Origin: Eledone cirrhosa
Taxonomy: Eukaryota
Direction of reading: 5' to 3'
Assembly: GCA_964016885.1 (NCBI GenBank)
Contig: OZ024750.1
Coordinates: 310,001-374,000 of the forward strand
Length of the DNA stretch: 64,000 nt
Part shown: piece after piece, positions 54,387-64,000 of the stretch
How the letters are laid out: each line of letters opens with the position of its first letter
Position numbering within the stretch: the stretch's first letter is position 1
Translations under genes and position numbers: made by a program
Notes under the pieces: generated by a model
Told to the model about the DNA's origin: nothing
Databases searched by the model: none
What the model saw: only the letters and a program-made list of their open reading frames with translations

Positions 54387-55535
54387 TTTCTTTTCAGGTA
54401 ACGGTTATGAGGCGGGGGTATCTTGCATGCTACCCTCGCTAAAATATATAGAGAGGTTTTCAACAACCATTAAGGGCCTCGGATAACATTCTATTTAATT
54501 TACTGATCGTAATTCGTTGATAAAAAGGTTACTTTCAGTCATACGAATTACTAACCTCAAAAGAATTAGGGAGACCAGTTAGTATCACAGTAATTATTTT
54601 AAACCCCAAATCAACCCATATCGAGAGGTGGCATGAACTAACGCGTTCCAGCCGTGATTCTCCCACCTTTTTTTTTCAGATATATATCTACTGTTTCCTT
54701 CCCTTTTTTAAGAGGGTAGGGTGTGATTGCGCAAAGATTTGGCTGCTATTTCTAGCAGGTCGCGCAACCATATAAATGCTTCCTATCTGGCTCATATAAG
54801 TGCGTGTATTTATTATTGGCAACCATGACGCTTCCAAAATATAACCATATATCTTTCAATGTACGATTTCAGATTAAAAAAATACACCGTCCGATCTCAT
54901 ATAACAAGGGGGTAACGATGTTATGACTACTAAATATTTTATTTCTCATATTTTCTCTCATAAAACATACACAAAAGATATATATATATATATATATATA
55001 AAAGTATAGAAATTATGGTGAGCGTGAAGCCAACAGTATTTCATAATATATAAGTGACTATAACGTCAAAATGGAAAATAATTAACGTAAGATGTGGGAA
55101 AATAATTCAAACTCAATTAAAAAAAATCAAGACATAGATTTATCCATAGAATTTTGTGAAATACAGGGAAAAATCAATAGAGCCTTAACTCTGAATAAAA
55201 TAAAGTTTAAATACTCATCCTTCAATTTGGAAAAACTACAAATGCTCTATATAGTCTTAAAAAGACTATTTCACGAAACTTTCAGTGGGGATGGTCACGG
55301 TTGGAGTCGTTCATCAGTAGAGCCCAACACGATAACCCTAAATCACTACTGCCAGAATATGCCAATATATATATATAATGATATTAAATAAATGGAAACT
55401 ATATTTATAAAACCATATTTATTCTATTATATATATTTCAAGGGTACCAAAAATTTTGGTACGCTATCATCAGATAAAATACGAAGTGTGTTTTATAAAT
55501 GTTGACATAACCAAGGAGATAGAAACCTTTTAGCC

Positions 55536-55885
55536 AAAATACACCCCCATCCCACTATTGCCACCCTCATCTACACCACCCCTTTCAATGTAAAGTTATG
55601 TTGGTATCACAACATCCAGTCCTAAATAAATGAGGTCGTGTAGGTGTCACGACAAAAAAACACAGTCCACGCTGTAATGTGGCCGTGTAGGTAACACGGT
55701 AAAAACCTCCCAGTCCACACTGTAAACATGGTTGGTGTTAGGAAGGGCATCCAGACGTAGAAAACCTGCCTGACAGTGTTATACGAGCAAGACAACCAAT
55801 CTTGCCTCAAGTGGGACAATTCCCGTCTAAACCCATGCTAGCGTGGAAGATAGATGTTAAACGATGATGATGATGATGATGATGA
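55536..55885 (+). mobile_element. RTE family A 3'UTR-only copy
   Basis: Collinear with the reverse complement of ~4646-4975; ends gttaaacgatgatgatg. Confidence 0.9.
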
Positions 55886-55923
55886 CATATATATATATAT
55901 ATACACATATATATATATACATA

Positions 55924-57253
55924 TGGTGAGACAATTGCAAGAGAGGTTCTTAGAGAAGAATAAGCCACTATACTTAACCTTTGTTGACCTAGAGAAGGCC
56001 TTTGATAGGGTACCCCGATCTGTCATCTGGTGGTCCCTAAGGAAGCTAGGTGTTGAGGAATGGCTTGTGAGGACAGTGCAAACTTTGTACAGAGGTACTC
56101 TCAGTAAAGTCAGGGTAGGAATGGAGTTTAGTGAGGAATTCCAGATACAAGTAGGATGACATCAGGGTTCAGTCCTCAGCCCACTCTTGTTCATTATAGT
56201 CCTCCAAGCCATAACAGAGGAGTTTAAGACTGGCTGTCCATGGGAACTTCTCTACGCTGACGATCTGGTTCTTATAGCAGAATCAGTAGAGGAGCTAGAA
56301 AATAAATTCCGGCTATGGAAACAGCAGTTGGAAGCAAGAGGACTGAGAGTGAATCTAGCTAAGACAAAAGTGTTGATGAGTAGAAAAGAGGACAAAACCC
56401 TGATTCCATCAGGGAAATGGCCATGTTCGATATGCAGAAAAGAAACTGGCATAAATTCTATAAAATGCACACAATGCAGATCCTGGGTACACAAGAGATG
56501 TAGCGGGACAGCAGGCAAACTAACAGGTAGGGAGAAATATGTATGCAGTAGATGTACAGGGAAATTAGACAGTAGAAGTCGCACTGATAGACACATTTTT
56601 CAAATGCAAGAGGGCGCGATAGAAGTGGTGGATAGCTTCCGGTACCTAGGAGATCAGATTAGCATGGGAGGAGGGTGTTCAGAGGCCATAGTATCTAGAA
56701 TAAGGACGGGTTGGAAGAAGTTTAGGGAGCTGCTTCCTCTGTTGACGAAGAAGGGTTTCTCCCTGCGTACGAAAGGCCGGTTGCATGATGCCTGTGTGAG
56801 GAGCGCGATGCTGTATGGTAGTGAGACATGGGCAGCTACCGCAGAAGATATGCGACGGCTGGAGAGAAATGAGGCAAGCATGCTCCGTTGGATGTGCAGT
56901 GTAAATGTGCGTGAACGACCCAGCATAAATGTGTTGAGAGAGAAACTGTGTCTGAGAGGGATAGAATGTAGTGTACGGGAGAGGAGACTGAGGTGGTATG
57001 GACATGTGATGCGCATGGAGGATGACCGATGGGTGAAGAAGTGCCAGGAAATGCCAGTTGAAGGAAGACGTGGTAGAGGTAGACCACGAAAAACATGGGC
57101 GGAGGTGGTGAGAACAGACCTCAGATCATTGAAGCTCACGGTGGAGATGACGAGGGACCGTGACGAGTGGAGAGATGCTGTGCTGAATAAGACCCGTCCC
57201 ACCCTTGCAAGCAGGGAAAAGCGGACGTAAAATGATGATGATGATGATGATGA
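55924..57253 (+). mobile_element. RTE-clade LINE family B, 5'-truncated, single nonsense codon
   Basis: TFVDLEKAFDRVPR, HQGSVLSPLLF, LLYADD, PHD-like finger, RRLRWYGH, GRPRKTW; TGA at 56157 in frame with ORF 56187..57230; (GAT)n tail; (TA)n flanks. Confidence 0.95.
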
Positions 57254-57355
57254 TATCTATATTCACAAATATCTATATTCACATATATATATATTCACAT
57301 ATATATATAGATACACATATATCTATATTCACATATATCTACATATCTATATATT

Positions 57356-57427
<72 letters not shown>

Positions 57428-58185
57428 CATATATATATATATATATATATATTCACATATATATATATATTCACATATATATATATATATATATTCACAT
57501 ATATATATATATATATATTCACATATATATATATATATATATATTCACATATATATATATATATATATTCACATATATATATATATATATATTCACATAT
57601 ATATATATATATATTCACATATATATATATATATATATTCACATATATATATATATATATATTCACATATATATATATATATATATATTCACATATATAT
57701 ATATATATATTCACATATATATATATATATATTCACATATATATATATATATATATATTCACATATATATATATATATATATTCACATATATATATATAT
57801 ATATATTCACATATATATATATATATATATTCACATATATATATATATATATATTCACATATATATATATATATATTCACATATATATATATATATATAT
57901 TCACATATATATATATATATATATTCACATATATATATATATATATATTCACATATATATATATATATTCACATATATATATATATATATATTCACATAT
58001 ATATATATATATATATTCACATATATATATATATATATATTCACATATATATATATATATATTCACATATATATATATATATATATTCACATATATATAT
58101 ATATATATATATTCACATATATATATATATATATATTCACATATATATATATATATATATTCACATATATATATATATATATATT

Positions 58186-58221
<36 letters not shown>

Positions 58222-58271
58222 CATATATATATATATATATTCACATATATATATATATATATGTATATATT

Positions 58272-58339
<68 letters not shown>

Positions 58340-58501
58340 CATATATATATATATATATATATATTCACATATATATATATATATATATATATTCACATAT
58401 ATATATATATATATATATATTCACATATATATATATATATATATATTCACATATATATATATATATATATATATTCACATATATATATATATATATATAT
58501 T

Positions 58502-58543
<42 letters not shown>

Positions 58544-58617
58544 CATATATATATATATATATATTCACATATATATATATATATATATATTCACATATAT
58601 ATATATATATATATATT

Positions 58618-58657
<40 letters not shown>

Positions 58658-58837
58658 CATATATATATATATTCATATATATATATATATATTCATATAT
58701 ATATATATATATTCATATATATATATATATATTCATATATATATATATATATTCATATATATATATATATATTCATATATATATATATATATTCATATAT
58801 ATATATATATATATATATATTCACATATATATATATA

Positions 58838-58871
<34 letters not shown>

Positions 58872-58929
58872 CATATATATATATATATATATATATATTC
58901 ACATATATATATATATATATATATATATT

Positions 58930-58967
<38 letters not shown>

Positions 58968-59007
58968 CATATATATATATATATATACATATATATACAT
59001 ATACACA

Positions 59008-59061
<54 letters not shown>

Positions 59062-59174
59062 CATATATATACATATATATATACATATATATACATATAT
59101 ATATACATATATATACATATACATACATATATATATACATATATATACATATATATATACATATATATACATAT

Positions 59175-59225
<51 letters not shown>

Positions 59226-59292
59226 TATATATATATATTCACATATATATATATATATTCACATATATATATATACATATATATACATATAC

Positions 59293-59324
<32 letters not shown>

Positions 59325-59798
59325 ATATATATATATATTCACATATATATATATATATATTCACATATATATATATATATTCACATATATATATATACAT
59401 ATATATACATATACATATACATATATATATATATATACACATATATATATATACACATATATATATATATACACATATATATATATATATACACATATAT
59501 ATATATATATACACATATATATATATATATACACATATATATATATATACACATATATATATATATATACACATATATATATATATATACACATATATAT
59601 ATATATATACACATATATATATATATATTCACATATATATATATATATACACATATATATATATATATATTCACATATATATATATATATATTCACATAT
59701 ATATATATATATACACATATATATATATATATTCACACATATATATATATATTCACACATATATATATATATTCACACATATATATATATATATATAT

Positions 59799-59837
<39 letters not shown>

Positions 59838-59856
59838 TATATATATATATATACAC

Positions 59857-59887
<31 letters not shown>

Positions 59888-59905
59888 TATATATATATAC
59901 ACATA

Positions 59906-59945
<40 letters not shown>

Positions 59946-59948
59946 CAC

Positions 59949-59981
<33 letters not shown>

Positions 59982-59999
59982 TATATATATATACACACA

Positions 60000-60049
<50 letters not shown>

Positions 60050-60068
60050 TATATATATATATACACAC

Positions 60069-60140
<72 letters not shown>

Positions 60141-60174
60141 ATATATATACACATATATATATATATACATACAT

Positions 60175-60208
<34 letters not shown>

Positions 60209-60220
60209 ATATATATACAC

Positions 60221-60289
<69 letters not shown>

Positions 60290-60307
60290 TATATATATAT
60301 ATACACA

Positions 60308-60352
<45 letters not shown>

Positions 60353-60590
60353 ATTCACACATATATATATTCACATATATATATATATATATATATATTC
60401 ACATATATATATATATATATATATTCACATATATATATATATATATATATTCACATATATATATATATATATATATATTCACATATATATATATATATTC
60501 ACATATATATATATATATATATATTCACATATATATATATATATATATTCACATATATATATATATATATATTCACATATATATATACAT
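57254..60590. repeat. 3.3-kb compound (TA)n array with TTCAC/CAC/AC interruptions
   Basis: Seen directly; source of the spurious 1199-aa YI ORF. Confidence 0.97.
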
Positions 60591-61079
60591 GTGTTTGTGT
60601 GTGTATGTATTACACACACTCACACATATGAGTATATACATATATATATACACACACACGTATGTGTGTGTGTATTACACACACTCACACATACATGTGT
60701 ATATACATATATATTATACACACTCACACACGTGTGTATACATAAATATTACACACACATATAAAGGGAAAAGCATTAAAACCACAGCGTCCCCAAAATG
60801 TTAGGCTTCACATTTCTATAAAAAGATGTATATAATCATGGGGTTTATTTAAACAAATGTTGGTGCCTTTAGCAGGGAGTATATGAGACAAACCCCCATA
60901 TTAGGGGCTCCGTGTAAAAGTGAAGAAACTGGTAATGGCAAATAAAGAGCTGCCCAGAATAATAAAGAAAGCCAAGTTTTAAGAAGTGGCTCCAAACAAA
61001 TGTTTATCTATTTGTCTGTCTCTCTGTACATTGATCTCAAAACCTAAACAATAATATAGAAATCGTGTCCGTGTGCCAA

Positions 61080-61110
61080 CATGTTTGTGTGTGTGTGTAT
61101 TTGATATGTA

Positions 61111-61143
<33 letters not shown>

Positions 61144-61148
61144 CACAC

Positions 61149-61188
<40 letters not shown>

Positions 61189-61835
61189 CACATATGTGTG
61201 TGTATATATATATATATGTGTGTGTGTGGGGGTATGTTTATATCCACGTATACACATGTGTGCGTATATGTATATACACGTATACATATATGTGTGCGTA
61301 TATGTATATACACGTATATATATATGGGGATATATGTATATACAGGTATATATATATGAGGATGTATGTATATACACGTATACATATGTGTGCTATCATA
61401 TATTTATTTACATATATATATGTGCGTGGGTGTGTATATATATACATACACGTACATGTGTGTGGCTATATATATATATATGGTTATATATATATATATA
61501 GTTATATATATATATATAGTTATATATATATATATACTTATATATATATATATATGGTTCTATATATATATATATATAGTTCTATATATATATATATGGT
61601 TCTATATATATATATATATATATAGTTCTATATATATATATATATATAGTTCTATATATATATATATATAGTTCTATATATATATATATATATATATATA
61701 GTTCTATATATATATATATATATATATATAGTTCTATATATATATATATAGTTCTATATATATATATATATATATATAGTTCTATATATATATATATATA
61801 TATATAGTTCTATATATATATATATATATATATAG

Positions 61836-61871
<36 letters not shown>

Positions 61872-61919
61872 CTATATATATATATATATAGTTCTATATA
61901 TATATATATATATATATAG

Positions 61920-61953
<34 letters not shown>

Positions 61954-62007
61954 CTATATATATATATATATATATATATAGTTCTATATATATATATATA
62001 TATATAG

Positions 62008-62041
<34 letters not shown>

Positions 62042-62063
62042 CTATATATATATATATATATAG

Positions 62064-62097
<34 letters not shown>

Positions 62098-62181
62098 CTA
62101 TATATATATATATAGTTCTATATATATATATATATAGTTCTATATATATATATATATATAGTTCTATATATATATATATAG

Positions 62182-62217
<36 letters not shown>

Positions 62218-62258
62218 CTATATATATATATATAGTTCTATATATATATATATATATA

Positions 62259-62339
<81 letters not shown>

Positions 62340-62419
62340 TTCTATATATATATATATATATATATGGTTCTATATATATATATATATATATGGTTCTATA
62401 TATATATATATATATATGG

Positions 62420-62463
<44 letters not shown>

Positions 62464-62622
62464 TTCTATATATATATATATATATATATGGTTCTATATA
62501 TATATATATATATATGGTTCTATATATATATATATATATATATATGGTTCTATATATATATATATATATATATATATGGTTCTATATATATATATATATA
62601 TATATATATGGTTCTATATATA
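61080..62622. repeat. (TA)n/(TG)n region grading into a (TA)n-GTTC array
   Basis: Seen directly. Confidence 0.95.
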
Positions 62623-64000
62623 TACTCTTTTACTCTTTTACCTGTTTCAGCCATCCGGCTGAGGCCATGCTGGGGCACCGCCCTTGCTGCTACACACTTT
62701 ATCTCCAGCCTGTATAGGTTGGCCACTGGTGTAGGAGGGAGTTTGTTGCTGCTGCCCTTAGGTTTCCCTCGTGTCTTGCTGTGGGCTCATCCGGGATCCT
62801 GGATAACAAGGTGTCGAGATGTTTCTTAAAGACATCCACCTCCACGTCATGCAAGTCTCGCAGATGCCTCGGCAGCCTGTTGAAGAGTTGAGGGCCCTTG
62901 AATCCCAGGCTATTGCAATACCTGCTCCTTATTCTAGATGTGGAAGACGGGACCTTTGGCACCACACAGTGACGTCCTGTTCGACGGTTGGTCCAGCTCC
63001 CAATGCCAAAGTTTGGTGCTAGTCCCTCCAGGATTTTCCACATGTAGATCACTGCGTATCTCTCCCGTCTTCGCTCCAAGGAGTAGAGGTTCAGTTCCTT
63101 CAGCCTCTCCCAGTAGCTTGTCTCCCTCATCTTGGCAATCCTCTTGGTGTAGCTTCGCTGGATTGCCTCAAGCTCTGTGTTTAGTTTGACACTATGGGGT
63201 GACCACAGCTGGGAGCAGTAGTCCAGGCGGCTTAGGACAAAAGTCCTCCACAGTGTCAACATGGTGTCTCGATCTCTTGTAAGGAAAGTCCTCAAGATCC
63301 AGCCAGCGAATCGTCTACATGCTGTCGCCACCTTCATGATGTGTGAAGAAAAAGATGCATCATCGCTCATGTCTATGCCCAGGTCTCGTATCGATTTTGA
63401 CACGGGGATATCGGTCCCTCCTGGTCCTGTGTAGCTGTGTTCCGCTATATTTGTGTTTGTGTTTGCAGGTTTGTATTGTAGGGCTTGGAATTTGCCAGCA
63501 TTAAACTGCATGTTGTTTTCTTCCGCCCATCTGTATATGGCATCCAGATCCTGCTGTAAGAGGGCAGTGTCAGCCGGGTTTTTGATTGCCTGTGCTACCT
63601 TAGTGTCATCAGCATAGCTAGTGAGGGATGTTGTTGCATGCACCACAGAGGGCATGTCCGAGAGAGCCACCAAAAACAGTAGTGGTCCCAGGACTGTCCC
63701 CTGAGGCACCCCACTTGTTATCGGTGTTTCCCTCGAGAGAGCCCCATTTGCTGCGACTGCCTGGCTTCTGTCCCTCAGGAAGCCATCCAGCCACTCACCT
63801 ACTTTTCCAGTTATGCCGAGTCCGTGTAGTTTGTGACATATCATTCCGTGGTCGACCTTGTCAAAGGCCTTCGCAAAGTCAAGATATATCACGTCTACAT
63901 GTGAGCTGTCTAGTAGCTGTCTCAGTACCCAGTCGTAGTGATGTAGCAGCTGTGTAAGGCAGCTTCTTCCTGGGCGGAAGCCATGTTGCGTGCTAGTCAG
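62623..64000 (-). mobile_element. CR1-group LINE, 3' part with intact RT ORF (open 64000 to 62699), continuing beyond the window
   Basis: QHGFRPGRSCLTQL, DVIYLDFAKAFDKVDH, SGVPQGTVLGPLLF, YADDTK, RDLGI, LDYCSQLWSP, LNLYSLERRRERY; tail (gtaaaaga)2 into (TA)n. Confidence 0.92.

Noticed and set aside
57205-60804. 1199-aa ORF and the many overlapping YI/IY ORFs
   Set aside because: Translations of (TA)n repeats that happen to lack stop codons; no protein signal.

Overview
AT-rich, repeat-dense animal genomic DNA. The SINE/RTE/MITE repertoire and large (TA)n tracts suggest an octopus or other coleoid cephalopod, which is an inference. The only host gene I can support is a minus-strand SEC14-like 1 (PRELI/MSF1 + CRAL-TRIO) gene. 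I traced 10 consecutive GT-AG coding exons (39679 down to 9396; 1488 nt, 496 codons, consistent phases). Its first coding exon and 3' GOLD-domain exons were not found in the window. The introns and upstream region hold a near full-length Tx1-clade LINE in an (ATT)n tract, head-to-head with an R4/Dong 3' fragment, two RTE LINE families with a PHD-like finger after the RT core, and a young CR1-group LINE at the right edge. Also present are several tRNA-derived SINE families, many MITEs (Tc1/mariner-, hAT- and piggyBac-like), a Helitron, and large 17-bp, 34-bp and (TA)n arrays. The most interesting signal is that the commonest SINE ends in a sequence resembling the Tx1 3' end and recurs in tandem at ATTATT sites, suggesting a Tx1-driven, (ATT)n-targeting SINE/LINE pair. 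Nearly all short ORFs in the track are spurious microsatellite or antisense ORFs. All assignments were made by eye without database searches.
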